A stretch of DNA of 64,000 bases from Dudresnaya verticillata (taxonomy: Eukaryota), in the NCBI GenBank assembly GCA_977862235.1, contig OZ374561.1, forward strand, positions 2,294,001-2,358,000, written 5' to 3'. Of the stretch, positions 12,870-25,620 are shown piece after piece; the first letter of the stretch is position 1, and the number at the start of each line of letters is the position of its first letter. The translations under genes were made by a program, and so were the position numbers. Under the pieces are notes generated by a model that was not told the origin of the DNA, did no database searches, and saw nothing but the letters and a program-made list of their open reading frames with translations.

Positions 12870-14111
12870 TTATTGTCCTGTCAAAGTACAGGGACGCCAT
12901 AGAAGCATTGTCAGGACCCATCCGAATCGAGCCATGCGGACCTCTAGCGGAATTCCACCCAGAACCTGCTCCGTGTGCGCACCGATGCGAAGGGAATGCG
13001 ATTTATACTTTCCATCGGGTGGTGGCCGAATTGCACCCAAGTCCAATACCCGCGTAAGGGCACGAGAGAGGGTGTGGCTCTGCGGCTGAGCAAGTTCGCC
13101 TGGAAGACCGAAGAAGCGTGGATGAGAACCTCTGCTGGACTTCCAGCGGTTGAAAAGGTCAAGAGGAGAAGAGACGTCTTCGACCCGGTGGTAGGAGAGT
13201 ACCGGTTCTCGACTGACGGTGCGACCCTTCCAAACACTAGCTCTAGCGTACAGCGTAGTGTTCTCGAACCAGACTTTTTCGGTCTTCAAAGTAATCACGG
13301 AGCTCTCGCGACGGCCGTTAAAGCAGTAGGCAAACACGCAAACTGCGCAGTCTCGTAGAAGGCTCTGCGATGCTGTACCAATTCCTAAGGCCCATATGCG
13401 TTGTATCTTATCGGCAGAGCGTCCGCAGAGAACCGTCTCCAGAGGGAAGTTTGAATCCTCCCAAGTTCGATAAGCACGTACAACATGGGAGGCAAAAGGC
13501 AGCGGCGGCAGAGTAGCACCGGTGAAGAGCAAGTACATCTGTCGAACGGCCGAAAGGTATTGCTGAAGCGAGACGCTGCTAACTTTGCGTCGACCAGCCT
13601 CGCGCTCGAGTCGCATCCATCCGATAAAGGCCAGGATACTACCTTCCGAGACCGGCAACGGAGCTCGGTTTTCTGAGCTACAGAACTCAAGCCATGCATT
13701 CCACTGAGAATTCAGAGAAGCCGTCGTACGGTTGCTCCACGCGAATTCCGACACCATGGGAGCCGTCATCTGGGCTCCTGCACTGGAACCTGCGACGAAT
13801 GCTACATGACCCGCGGCAGCATGTCCAATGGTATTCATCCGAATACCAGAGCGTGTATTCACATGTTCTCCTCCAGCTGCAGGAGCCGCCAAAGAGGGTT
13901 CAACTTCCGTTAAGCCGTCCACAGCTCCGAGGGTGGGCATGGAAGTCGTTCCACTCGACTCGCCAGGTGAACCGTGGCTTGGTGCCAGGGCTGCCGAGGC
14001 CAATCCGGAATGAGAAGCAGGGCCGGGGCTCCGGTCCGAACAAGCTTGTTGACCGTAGCCCCGATGAGGTCTACTGGAGGGCATAACAGGCGGACTTCCT
14101 CTTGTCCCCAG
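12870..14111 (-). pseudogene. Tyrosine recombinase (phage-integrase family) of DIRS element, overlapped upstream by the MT-like tail of pol
   Basis: SAM-like domain (WNAWLEFC, SLQQYLSAVRQ), FNGRRESS, HSLRIGA, RFGW; catalytic Tyr (SMASLYFDR) only after a frameshift near 12915; overlapping frame gives LLCPPVDLI...IPDWPRQPWH. Confidence 0.88.
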
Positions 14112-14726
14112 TGTGGTGCAATTCACCGGTGCTCATTTGCCTCAAATCGCGGACTCCCCGCCAGCAATGCACTTGGGGACTGCCCCTGTAAGGCTCCCGG
14201 CCTGTAAGTCCTGCGCGCCGGCGGCAACGGGTGGCAGATTATGGTGGCGGATCTTCGCTACTGTACGCACTGTCAGCCACCCTTAATTTTAGTTAATTTT
14301 AGTTAATCCCTTTTCGCGTGTCACGAATCTCCACATGGCACGCTCCCTTCCCCACTTCATTTGTGGCGCACCCGTGTGTACATAGTATATTAGAGCTAGG
14401 GCGCGCCCTCATTCAGTAAACAAGCCAAGCTCGGGCTCTACGACACACACCTCCCTACCCTTGACCGACATCTTCGTCGTCAGGAGGGACTCCAGTGCGT
14501 GCGTACCCCTTCTTCATCATACAGAACCCTGTTTTCCCCTTTTTCCTTTGCTTTTCCGCTATTTTAGGGTTCCTCCCTTTTTCTTTCGTCTCGTGGCGTT
14601 CTACAGTCGCGCTACGGGGCTACTCCCCACGCTCTACCACACCACCCCCTACTACCGCTACCCGCGGGTCCCGAACGCCCGAGGTGTGTCCTCTGTTGTT
14701 GTTTTCAGCAGTGGATTTGCACCACA
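14112..14726 (+). repeat. 5' LTR of element C
   Basis: TGTGGTGCAA...TTGCACCACA. Confidence 0.97.
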
Positions 14727-15265
14727 TTTCGTCTCCCGACCTAGAAGTTCGGAAATTCCGATTGGCTACGTTATCTACGCTACGGAACTACCGTTCTTCA
14801 CATTCTACCTTCTACATATATCGCAGAATTTCTGCCATGCCACTCCGTCGACAGCCGTCGTCGGCAAGGCCCGCCCCATCGCAGCCCGGAGCTGCTGTGG
14901 TTACGCGAGCTCGTGTGCAGGCATTTCCTGCGGTCCAAGCCGCCTTTTCAGCAATGCCCAATGAGGGGGTTCCTTTTGTACCGCCCTCGGTGGAGATAGT
15001 ACCTCCTGACCCAGCCGGGGCTCTCCCGACTGGCCAGGTCCAAGGCGGGCAGCCGGCATCTCCGCCTTCGCTGCCCATTCCACCATCGCCGATTTCGGCA
15101 TCACTTCCGCCTATTCGGGAATGGGGTGTCATCCCAAGTCATTCGGGATACACCCGTCACCACGCGGATATCCGCTCTGCCGTCTGGTCCGAACAATGTA
15201 CATGGCCACCACAGAGGAACTCCTAATATCCTTATCCGCCCCCTGCGGCGTGTCTTTCTCCATCC

Positions 15266-16822
15266 ATGCGAGGGTCTGAGACAGTCTCGTTACCTTCGGG
15301 AGACTCGACCTGGTGCTCAGCCACCTCATCACGGACCTTCGGGTCATCACAGTCGTCAAGCGACAATTTCAGCAGGTGCTATTCACCTTCAGAGTCGTCA
15401 ATAGACGCCTCCATGAGGTCATCCTCCTGTTCATCCTTGTGGAGTTCCACATCTTCGGACCTGTCCAACCCGTGGTCCGACGAAGAATCAGAGATAATCT
15501 CGTTAGCCGGCTGCCGCCGAGGTGAGCATCTCGACGCGTACGCGACGCACCGCGAAAAACCTGAGGATTACCTCATGACGACTCAACCGGATTTCCCGGA
15601 GTACACTGGGCATGGGCTATGCAGCCAAGACCCTAAACGGTGCGAGACCACCATGGTCCCAGTGGGAATCAGATGGAGACCTGCTTCAGAAACCGGGGAA
15701 AGACCCCTTGTACCTTCGCACGTTGAACTTCAACCTTCCCAGTCACAACCTGCGGAAGTCGGCACTGCCATTGAAATGGCAACTGACATTCCGGCTCATG
15801 GCTATGAGGAAATCCTCCCATATCTCGCCCCTCGAGTCCTCACGCGGAGAATCACGAGGCATTCCTCTGTACTGACAAGGGACTATGCCCTACGAAGACC
15901 CTGGAGAAGACTTCCACAGCGTGCTAAGCGGGGAATCCGCATCATGCGTGGACGGAATGCTGCGGTCTACGCCGATTTCGGCTTATCAAAGGTGTCAGTG
16001 ACACGCTCTGTCACAGTGATAGACATTTGTTCTGACCCGAACTTTATTCGGCAGTCGGAGCTACAACGGGTACTCCTGAAAGAAGAAGCAACAGTGCGGT
16101 ACGGTCCGCTGCTAGACTACCGAGACGAACGCGGAAAGCCGCTGAATACCTTCGGGATTACCAGCCTTCATGTGGCCATCGGTAACGTCAATACAGAAGT
16201 TGACTTCATAGTTGTTGGAGATCTCTCCGTGCCTGCCGTATTCGGCGCTGACTTTTGTGACGATTTTGTCGAGGCCATATGGCCTGCCCGGAGAAGTGTC
16301 GAGTTAGCTTCTGGGCTCTCCGTTCCAATAGTTCGGAGAATGCACAAACGCGTGCTTCGAGGACCGCCCCTTCCAAAATATCAGGAGTACTCTCGACTTC
16401 GCGGTCGTGTATCGCCTAAGATGCGAGTCACCCGTCCCGTTTGGCTGCGTCCGCAAACGACGACCTGGGTCGAAGTGACGGCAAAGCGTCATGGTATTCA
16501 AGTGGTAATCCCACAGTCAAGTTTCCAGAAAAAGAACTCGTGCGCTGTTCACGCGGGCGTTGTTCAGGTTGAACCTGACAAACCCTTCCTGGTGCTTGTC
16601 ACCAATTTCGGTCAGCTACCACAGAGCGTTTCTCCTCAGCAAAGCATTGGCAAACTCGCGCCACATCCCAGCATACGGTGGTCCATATCTCGTTCCCTTG
16701 CGGACCCGTTCGACGAAATGGGAATTCCCAATGTTAGAGTTCGCCTTTCTGACGGTTCTACACTCGACGGTTTTGACTACCGGAGCATCATTGTGGGAAA
16801 GCCACTTGATACTGGGAATTAG
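15266..16822 (+). CDS. Divergent Gypsy protease-region protein (probably catalytically dead)
   Basis: VIDICSDPNFI aligns with VLDTGAGPNFI and FGADFCDDFVEAIWP with LGCDFCDRFVEAIYP of ORF 43-666; DTG triad altered; start uncertain. Confidence 0.7.
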   Translation: MRGSETVSLPSGDSTWCSATSSRTFGSSQSSSDNFSRCYSPSESSIDASMRSSSCSSLWSSTSSDLSNPWSDEESEIISLAGCRRGEHLDAYATHREKPEDYLMTTQPDFPEYTGHGLCSQDPKRCETTMVPVGIRWRPASETGERPLVPSHVELQPSQSQPAEVGTAIEMATDIPAHGYEEILPYLAPRVLTRRITRHSSVLTRDYALRRPWRRLPQRAKRGIRIMRGRNAAVYADFGLSKVSVTRSVTVIDICSDPNFIRQSELQRVLLKEEATVRYGPLLDYRDERGKPLNTFGITSLHVAIGNVNTEVDFIVVGDLSVPAVFGADFCDDFVEAIWPARRSVELASGLSVPIVRRMHKRVLRGPPLPKYQEYSRLRGRVSPKMRVTRPVWLRPQTTTWVEVTAKRHGIQVVIPQSSFQKKNSCAVHAGVVQVEPDKPFLVLVTNFGQLPQSVSPQQSIGKLAPHPSIRWSISRSLADPFDEMGIPNVRVRLSDGSTLDGFDYRSIIVGKPLDTGN

Positions 16823-18321
16823 TCATGCCGGACAGAGGTATCCTGGCAACGGCAGTGTGGTCTGAGTCCACAATTATTGGGACTTTCAGATAGTCCCAAC
16901 CAAAACCAGAGCGATTTCGCTACTTTGTTTACTTGGGGTGGTCCCCAACTTGTTCCTGCTCCCGCTTCTCAAGCAGCAGCAGAAATACATATTGTGGATG
17001 GCCACGATAATCCTGACGAGGAATCCTCGAGTGACACATCATCGCGGAAATCCGCAAGCACCTGGGGACAAACCCTTTTCGCAGCCTCTGAATCAGAGCA
17101 ATCAAGCGGAAATTGTTCCGCAGTCTGCGGTGAGCGGGGGAAAGTTCCCATTCCGAAAACGTCGATAGTGCGAACGGGATTTCCCGAGGATAAAAGCGTT
17201 TGCGATGGCACTTCCCTACGGGATTACCCGACAAAGTTGGCAGCCAAAGTGGGCAATTGTCATCTGCAGATGAGTTCCGTGATGAAGTAGAATGGGCTCC
17301 TCGTGTTAGCCAATTGCAATTGGGGGAATCCCCTGTGATCCTTACTCCCGAGCCCAACCATGCTCCTCGCGATCACCAAGGCAAGGTGGATGCTTGCCGG
17401 CAGTCGGCTTTTCCTGGACGTGGTCGCAGAATTGCGAAGCGCCGGATGGGTCTACAGATCAGGGACTGCTCTCCAGGCTCGGGGAAAGGATTGGCTGCTG
17501 CGTTGGCCCCAAACATTGGAGCCAATCAGATCCCAGGATTTGGCAACAGTCACCCTTGACCCCGGCGTGCGCACCATCGTGCGCCCCACCGATGAGACGT
17601 CGCATTTCGGCTAAGTCCCAGACGGGCTACGCGAAAAACGGATATCCGTAGATGCTGCGACTAGCCGGCAACGGCCAGGTCAGCGAGCACCTTCACATGA
17701 TAGGGAGGTACCCTGAGGAGGCCGATGCGGCATATCGTTGTCGGTTTTCCAACGGCTTCGCCTGTTCGGTTACCGGATAAGCCCGTTTCATCGCGACGCA
17801 TGCGGCTTCATCCGCCAAAACTTCGCCCTCAAATGGAATCATTCCATACTTTCGCTTTACCTGCCGTGTGCAGTAGAGGAGCTCATTTAGCGAGGAAGCC
17901 ACATATCAGCGGGTCTACGCTGCGCTACGAAGTTCATCGCTCCAGCGGAAATCCGCAGTCAAGAAACAGCGCAACAAGTCGCCTCCGATAACTTCACCCC
18001 GCGGGGCCCCGCCCATCCGGATGGCTTCGTGCGCAATTGCACCACCCAGGGCGTGATTTCGCAACAACACCGCGGATGGCCCGCAAACCGCTCACCCCTG
18101 TTCCGGTGCAGCTTCTGGAATATCCAGTCAAGTCCCCACTACGCGGGACTCCGCTCTCCAGGAACCGCCGTAAGGCGCTTTCAGAAGAAGCCGCCGAATT
18201 TCGGCAACTCTGGCGTCGCCCGCATCGCGGCATGACACGCTGCAAGAGGATCTCCCTCACCCACCTGGGCCCGATGTCGCGCTGATACAAGCGCCAGGCC
18301 ATAATACGGACACCCCGCAAC

Positions 18322-18505
18322 ACGACGAATATGTCATTGAAAAAGTGGTAAGCCACGGATATTTTGATACAGAACTTCTGTTTGAGATCAAGTGGTACGG
18401 ATGTCCGTTCGCGCCGCAGACATGGAAACCCATTCACAACTTGCCGCGGAGTCAAACCGCATCCTATCATAACATGACGCGGCTTTGTGTACCCGCTACG
18501 ATGAG
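18322..18505 (+). pseudogene. Chromodomain remnant
   Basis: DEYVIEKVVSHGYFDTELLFEIKWYG matches DEYVIEKVVNHSYDNTQLLFEVKWYG of element E. Confidence 0.85.
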
Positions 18506-21486
18506 TGTGGCCATGACGGGATAAATCCACGGAGATACTCATGCAGGGCATCTGCTCAGTTCGAATCGTTGCGGACTTAGCCGCATTGGGGAGATAGACG
18601 AGCAACTGCAATGTACCAGTCGTCCAGCGACTCGGCGACTGTACGCCAAGATTGTGACTGCGATTGGCTTCCGTTTAGCCAAAAATAATTTTGGCCAATC
18701 AGGCGCCGGAATTTCGGCAGCAGTCACCTTCGGTGGTGTCGAGCTCGATATAAGTCGCTCCACCGACACAAAGTCGAATTTCGACTAAGTGCCCGACTGG
18801 GTATGCCCGAAACGGAATTCCGTAATGACTACCCCGAGCCACCAACGACATGGAGCATCCGTCCCCCCCATGGATTGGGCGACGCCTTTGCGCAGGTCGT
18901 ACAAGAGAAGTGGAATCCCACATCGCGGAACGTTCGCGTCAAAACCGACGCGACGCTCCCTACCAATCTAATGTGCGGCGCCCCGCAGAACCCATTAACG
19001 AAATCATGTGGGGCACACCCCTACACAGCCTACGGCAAACCGCTGCTGCCTCCCCCAAGCTGTCTGCGGCTAAATCGAAAAAGGCAACCCTGTTCAAAAC
19101 GGAATTCCGTAACAGCTAATCTGAGCCATTAATGGCCTTGAGCATTCACACACCCCAACGGTCAGGGAATGCCCCCGCGCCCGTCATTCGCAAAAGTGGT
19201 ACCCCACACGACAGGAAGTTCACGCCCAAGTCCATTGGCATCAATTGGAATTGCTAGTGCGCGGCATTCCACAAGCGCTCCCAATGCAGTTACCTGCTGA
19301 GGCACAATTGGCGTGGTCAAACCTCAACGAGAAGCCGCTGCCATAGTGCGGACAGTCCTGGCAAGTTACGCACTGTACGCCAAGATTGCGAGTTCGATTG
19401 GCTGCCGTTTGCCCAAAATTCAATTTATCCAATCAGGTGCCACCATCTTGGCAGTAGCGACCCTTGGGCGAATCCTACTTCGCCGACTCGCTTCCTCGAC
19501 ACAAAGTCGGATTTCGACTAACCCATTATCGGGTTATGCCAAAAACGGATACCCGTAGTTGCTGCCTCAAGCCGACGGAGGCCAGGTCGGTGACCATCCC
19601 GACACAATTGGGAAACTACCTTAGCAGGAAAAAACGGGATTGCGTGCATGGGTTTCAATCGGCATGCGCCTGTTTGTTACCACCCGGAGCACCCGGGTCA
19701 TGCCCGATCGAGAATGACACAATGTGTCGACACACGTGACCACGTCATGCGGGTGCTCCGCTGGGCTCTAAATGGAATCATTCCATGGATTCTCCCACAA
19801 ACGCCTGGGCATTTGGAGACATCCCTCGGCTCGGTTTCCATACCTCTAAGGCGCTCCTTCTGGCGTTCCCCACGGGAAACCGTTTTCATACTACTCAGAA
19901 ACTCCTGTTGGCCTATTTGCCTTTCATTAATCGCGATACCGGCGTTTTTGAAGTTCGCAACGAGTCTGCAAACGAGAATTCTCGTTGCTCAGCGTAGCCG
20001 AAACCCGCTTTGCACAGAGCCTGCTTCGTCCATGACAAACGCGGTGTTTTACGGGTTTGGCCCGATAGGCCCATGCTGGCCCAGACGGTCCCAACGACCC
20101 CTGTCAAGACGAAGTCGTCATGAAGAAGAAAACTTCTTTGAAACACCTACCAAGCAGTGTATCTACAATACGCTTCCCGGGATTCCGGTTCTAAGCCCGA
20201 AGAACCTTGGCTTGTTGGTTTCAACTTGCAAATAATTGCAGAATGCTGCTCTAGGGACGTTAAATCTACGCAAACAACGGGCTATGGAAATGAAAATGTT
20301 GTATTCAACTGTACTTTAAGTCTGGCGTACGCGCCTTGAGCTGCTGCATTTTTATGGCCGTGAAATGGGGAATACCCCAATGCATTTGACCGCGGACGCC
20401 GTTTCGCAACAACTGCAATGCGGAATTGCCGCCTTTTCCCAACCGCGCCCGGTTCGGCATCGGGAAGACCGAGTATTGGGGAACGCCCCATGCTGAAGTC
20501 TATTCGTGGGTTTCCACTTTTGCAGCTGCCATTCTGCGGTGACATCCGCTTGTTCGCCCGCACCTGTATTTGCCGTATTCGGCTGTTTGCTGTTTTATCC
20601 CCCGCGTTGGGGCCCCGGATGCCCCGGTCGACTACAGATGATGCCGTTTTTCGGCTGTGAATGCAGTGACAGGCGACAACGTCGAAGTGGCAGTGACTCT
20701 GAATGCTCTGAACTTGTCGATTTTCGACTTAGTGCTCTGTTAGAGTGTGCAGTACTGCACAAAGGGGCAATGTCTCATACACGGCCCATCTATGAAACAA
20801 ATGGGAAAAGGGCCGCAAGAGACCGGAAGAGGGGCCGCGGCAACCCCTGAGTAGCCGAAAGGTTATCACGGTTACTGTAATGTGCTTACAGCGGTCCGGA
20901 CCGGGCGGTCCACTGGAGGACCAATCGGGGCAAGATAAGGACCAGTCGGTCCCCTTTGTGGACCGATTTGAGGAAACTGGTTGCGCATGGAAAGGAAGGT
21001 TTCATAAGCACGAGTGCAACGAGAGGGTGTGCGGTACAAGCCGTCTACCAGCCTACACCATCTGATGATGCCGACAATAAGTTTAGAAGTCGTATTGCGA
21101 CATGGGAAAATGGCACTATTGCAGTATGTGCCTGCTGAGAGACACGAGGCAATATTAATAGGTATACCCACATGGTGTTGGGCATGTGCATCCAAGCACA
21201 CGATGCAAAGCCGGGAACCCCACCCCCTGAAATACCGAGGGTCGCGCCAGTTGCTCCTAAGCTCCGAACGCGTATTGCGGTTCATCCGCTTGCAGTACTC
21301 ATATCGCCATGATGACCAACGCCGGAAGCAGACAATCTGCAAATTCGCGAACCGGACGGGGAAGTCCCCCATTTTCGAAAGGGCCCCCTATTTACTCATA
21401 GGGGCGAGCTCAGACAGCGGAAATCCGCATTCAAGATGGATTTAGTGGGTTGGGCTCGCAGGGGCTCACCTCTTAACGGGGGGAGA

Positions 21487-22102
21487 TGTGGTGCAATTCA
21501 CCGGTGCTCATTTGCCTCAAATCGCGGACTCCCCGCCAGCAATGCACTTGGGGACTGCCCCTGTAAGGCGCCCGGCCTATAAGTCCTGCGCGCCGGCGGC
21601 AACGGATGGCAGATAATGGTGGCGGATCTTCGCTTCTGTATGCACTGTCAGCCACCCTTAATTTTAGTTAATTTTAGTTAATCCCTTTTCGCGTGTCACG
21701 AATCTCCACATGGCACGCTCCCTTCCCCACTTCATTTGTGGCGCACGCGTGTGTACATAGTATATTCGAGCTAGGGGCGCGCCCTCATTCAGTAAACAAG
21801 CCAAGCTCGGGCTCTACGACACACACCTCCCTACCCTTGACCGACATCTTCGTCGTCAGGAGGGACTCCAGTGCGTGCGTACCCCTTCTTCATCATACAG
21901 AACCCTGTTTTCCCCTTTTTCCTTTGCTTTTCCGACATTTTAGGGTTCCTCCCTTTTTCTTTCGTCTCGTGGCTTTTTACAGTCGCGCTACGGGGCTACT
22001 CCCCACGCTCTACCACACCACCCCCTACTACCGCTACCCGCGGGTCCCGAACGCCCGAGGTGTGTCCTCTGTTGTTGTTTTCAGCAGTGGATTTGCACCA
22101 CA
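21487..22102 (+). repeat. 3' LTR of element C
   Basis: Near-identical to 14112-14726, preceded by PPT. Confidence 0.97.
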
Positions 22103-22449
22103 CCCAGTCCTTCTCCAGCTCCTGATACAGTGCCCGGCGAAGATAGGATGGGTGTTCGCCGAGAGGGCGAAACTTGAAAACGTCTACTGGAGCCGACATC
22201 CCATCCACGACGGAATGCCGAAGCTGCTTCCTGATCTGCAAGTCTCCGCGGGGGAAGCGTCGCGAGAGGCGGTCTGCGAATTGGTTGACAGCTGAAGGTA
22301 TCCAGGCCGAGCGGATGCGAATTCCCAAGCGGTCCATTACGACCTTGAGTCGACGAAGTTCGCGCATCATAGGTCGGCTTGCCGAAACCCGACTGTTCGT
22401 AACGTGTACTACAGCCTGGTTGTCGATGTGCAAAAGAAAGTCTTCTATG

Positions 22450-23361
22450 TGTAGTGCCAGGGGGGTCCCCCATTTTCGCTTTCAAGCGGGTTGATATGAA
22501 GCGTCTACCGACGGACGACCGCCAACGGCGCGCTCAACCCGCCCGCGGCGCAAACACGTCACCGACGCATGCCGCTGGCCACTTGGGCCAGAACGGCTCG
22601 CTTGGCGTGCAGACCGCACGCCTGAACCCGGGGCACTGTACGGCGCCACGCGTGCGCGCGTGGCGCAGTGGCAGGAACGTTCGCTGTAAGCATGGCCCGA
22701 ATCCGGATCCAATCGGGATCCCACATCGGGATCCGACATCGGGATTAGGTTGTGTAAGGCCCGCGCCTGTAAGCCTGGCGCATCCGCATCGCTGGCCCGA
22801 ATCCGGACTGGATCGGGATTGGTGCGAATCAAGATCGCACAAGCCATGAGGCGCATACGGCTGTAAGGAAATAGTCCACGTGTAGGTGTAAGGACTCGGA
22901 CGGGGACGCTACGCGTGATCTGTCAGGAGCGCGGCTGCATGACGGACGGATCTGTCAGACGCGCCTCGGGACAACACGTGTCCCGAGTTCCCGCGTTACA
23001 CGTACATCCGCGTCGCCGCCGCTAGGTAGTCCTGTACTTAGTTGATCCGTCTCAGACGTCACAGTAAACCCCGGCAAGCCGGCCTTGGTCCAGACTTCCC
23101 CGTTCCGCACGCGCGTACCCTACCGCTGCCTACGGCTAAGCGTCTACCCCCGTGCTTCCACGTCTCTACCCGTCCTCGACGTGTTCACTTTCTGTTTTCT
23201 TTTGTTCTTCTTTTCCGCCAAGGGCGTTTACAGTCCGCCCAAGGCGAGTCAACCGCTCTACCACCAGACGCCCACGGCGAGGCCATTCATCGCCGCAGGC
23301 GTCGCTACCCACCGAGCCCCGAACTGCTCGGCGGTGTTTCGTCATCGACGTTTGCACTACA
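22450..23361 (+). repeat. Solo LTR of Gypsy A family
   Basis: TGTAGTGC...GCACTACA, TSD CTATG at 22445-22449 and 23362-23366. Confidence 0.95.
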
Positions 23362-24065
23362 CTATGCATTGTCGTCGAACTTCCGTACCGATCAAACCTG
23401 TGAGGAGTTTTCGAACGGCCCGCAGCTCTCGTAAGGTTATCGATTCGCTGCGGTCGTGCCAACGCCACACCCCCTGATCCGACCACATACCCGCCACTCC
23501 AGGACGGTGGTCCTGTACGTTCAACGTTCCACCATATCCCATGTCTGCAGCATCGGTATGCACTGCAGCCTGTGGTTTCGGAGGGACAATCGGGCGGCCC
23601 TCTGACGCTTCTTTGGAGAGCCGAGGCCAAAAGAGCAGTTCCCGTATGGACTGGTGGGAGAGCCGACAACGACCACGCGAGTCTCGGGCTCGCGTGGAGG
23701 ACATGTCCCAATACAGAGACCTGGTATAGAACCTTGCCCAGGGCAAAGCTAGCATTAGCGAGATGCACGTCCCGCAAAAACCCGCGATCATCTGAACGTT
23801 GACCCAGGGCTTCCCTAACATCACCTGTTTCAGAAGCTTTCCCGCCAGGTTCCGGACCTTTGCCACTTTCCTTGGCACTACGTAGAATACCATACGGATG
23901 CTGTCGACCATCACTCCTAGATGCTCTATGTCACGCGATCCCTCCCACTCGCCCTTGTCCGTCTGCCGACTGATTCCCAGGCGACGCATCAACGATTCGA
24001 TCATATGCTTTGCCTGGTGGCAGTCCGAGGCACTTGCGATGATCCCGTATGGGGACGGCTATTAG

Positions 24066-24162
24066 TAGGTTTTAGGGGTTTTAGGTTTAGGGGTTTTAGG
24101 GGTTTAGGGGTTTAGGGGTTTTAGGGTTTTAGGGGTTTAGCCCCTAGAACCCCTAAATTCCC
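24066..24162 (+). repeat. Interstitial telomere-like tract (TTT(T)AGGG(G))n with a short inverted tail
   Basis: About 9 G-rich units then CCCCTAGAACCCCTAAA; GCTATTAG duplicated on both sides. Confidence 0.9.
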
Positions 24163-24836
24163 CGGCGCTATTAGAAAGTCGTCGATGTACGCCAGCACTC
24201 GAAACCCGTAGGACCGCAACTTGCGTACGAACGGAGCCATGAGCGACACGAACCAAAGAGGGGAACGCGTCCAACCGAACGGCAGAGCGACTCATCTGCA
24301 GTATCTTCCACCATATCGGAAAATGAACCAGTCGCTCATGAGGGGATGCAGACGCAAATGGCGAAAGCCCTTCTCGATATCCATTGTCAAGAAGTGGTTC
24401 CCCTTCTGCACGTTCACCGCAAATTCCGGTAGAGTCTCCATTCGGACAGACCCCTTCGCTCAATACTTCGATTGAAGGGCAAGGTTCACTACGAACCGGC
24501 CCTTTGCTCCTTCCTCCTTCTCTTGCCAGACGGTGAATGCGGAGGATATCACAGCTCCCTTCTCTTTCGCACTCATAGCATGGTCTTTCGACACTTCCTG
24601 GTAGATACCGCTGGAGCAACCCTTCTCCAAATCGGCAGCGGCGAATTCCCGATCCTCCGCTAACTGTGGAATATCCGCCAACTCGACAGCTTGACCCGGT
24701 TGGAACGGATCGAGGGGAGCGTCGAATATTCCAAACTGGATGGCTCGGCATAGGTAATCCGAAGCCCCCAGTTGGCGTCATTCTTCGACACGCGATTGCA
24801 CCGCGCGCCATAGAGGGCGCCTCTTTCCGATGGCGA

Positions 24837-25520
24837 CTAATGTCTATCGGCAGCTCCACCCTTACCTTTTGCCCGCTTCGTTGCGTTACTAGCATTTAGG
24901 GTGGCGACTGCCTTCATCAGCTGGGTAGTCATATGAGACTCAAGTTCACCGAGAGGACCTTCAAGGTCATCAGCTGCCGCGACATCACCACGGCGTTCCA
25001 AAGCGGGAAGAACCATCTTAGCGTATGTAGGGTCCTCTGCCGCTAAGCGATAGAATTCGGTACGTAGCCCCAGTACTCTCAACGTGTATCGTAATGCAAT
25101 AATTGCCCAAACGTCAAAACGGTTTGACTGGTCGACCTTGTCGTCAGCAATACATTCTCGGCGCAGATCGATAGCCGTCTCATGAAACGCATAGCAGTAC
25201 CCAGCTGCATTAACATATTTGGCTTCATATTCGGCTACTACCCGCATGCTCTGATGCCTTTCGAGGGCCTTGCGAGGCGCCCACTCTCGGTGATCGAAGA
25301 AGCCGCCCACGAAGGCTCCAACGGCAGGTCCTGCCTCGTATGGATATCGGCTCAACCCGTATTGGCCATCACGATCTGCCCGTTCGGCGATCTGGCCATA
25401 GGCGCTCATCCATATCGGCTCTATTCCAGCCTCATGGAGTGTCTTTCCCTTGGCGATCATCTTAGCCTTCATGAGCAGCGTGTCAGCTTGTTCTGTACTT
25501 GATGTAGACGGAGAATCCAT
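24837..25520 (-). CDS. DIRS ORF1 (gag-like), 227 aa
   Basis: Open ORF between terminal repeat and RT; positional assignment only. Confidence 0.6.
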   Translation of the reverse strand: MDSPSTSSTEQADTLLMKAKMIAKGKTLHEAGIEPIWMSAYGQIAERADRDGQYGLSRYPYEAGPAVGAFVGGFFDHREWAPRKALERHQSMRVVAEYEAKYVNAAGYCYAFHETAIDLRRECIADDKVDQSNRFDVWAIIALRYTLRVLGLRTEFYRLAAEDPTYAKMVLPALERRGDVAAADDLEGPLGELESHMTTQLMKAVATLNASNATKRAKGKGGAADRH

Positions 25521-25620
25521 AGCGATCTTGATTCCTGAACTGCAGTCTTCTGCAGTCCTTGGTCTTGTCCTTTTGACCAGCTAGAAATGTGCCTACCGCC
25601 AGTCGTTCTGGGGACTCTCG

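Larger units (their letters stand above)
14112..22102 (+). mobile_element. Non-autonomous Gypsy-derived LTR element C
   Basis: Two LTRs (~13 differences in ~615 bp by eye), TSD CCCAG at 14107-14111 and 22103-22107, PPT AACGGGGGGAGA; no RT, RNase H or integrase core. Confidence 0.95.
22103..24840 (-). pseudogene. DIRS RT-RNase H, split by a telomere-like tract and a solo LTR
   Basis: KGRFVVNL, LPFGW, YIDDFLIAP, EHLGV, HTDAADMGYGG, ITLRELRAV, HIDNQAVV, NQFADRLSR. Confidence 0.9.

Noticed and set aside
14727..14745. tRNA primer-binding site or self-priming site of element C
   Set aside because: No TGG start and no clear complement in the LTR; cannot assign
20872..21445. Third copy of the antisense ORF in element C
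   Set aside because: Position fits and GDFPVR resembles GDLPLR, but similarity is too weak to support by eye
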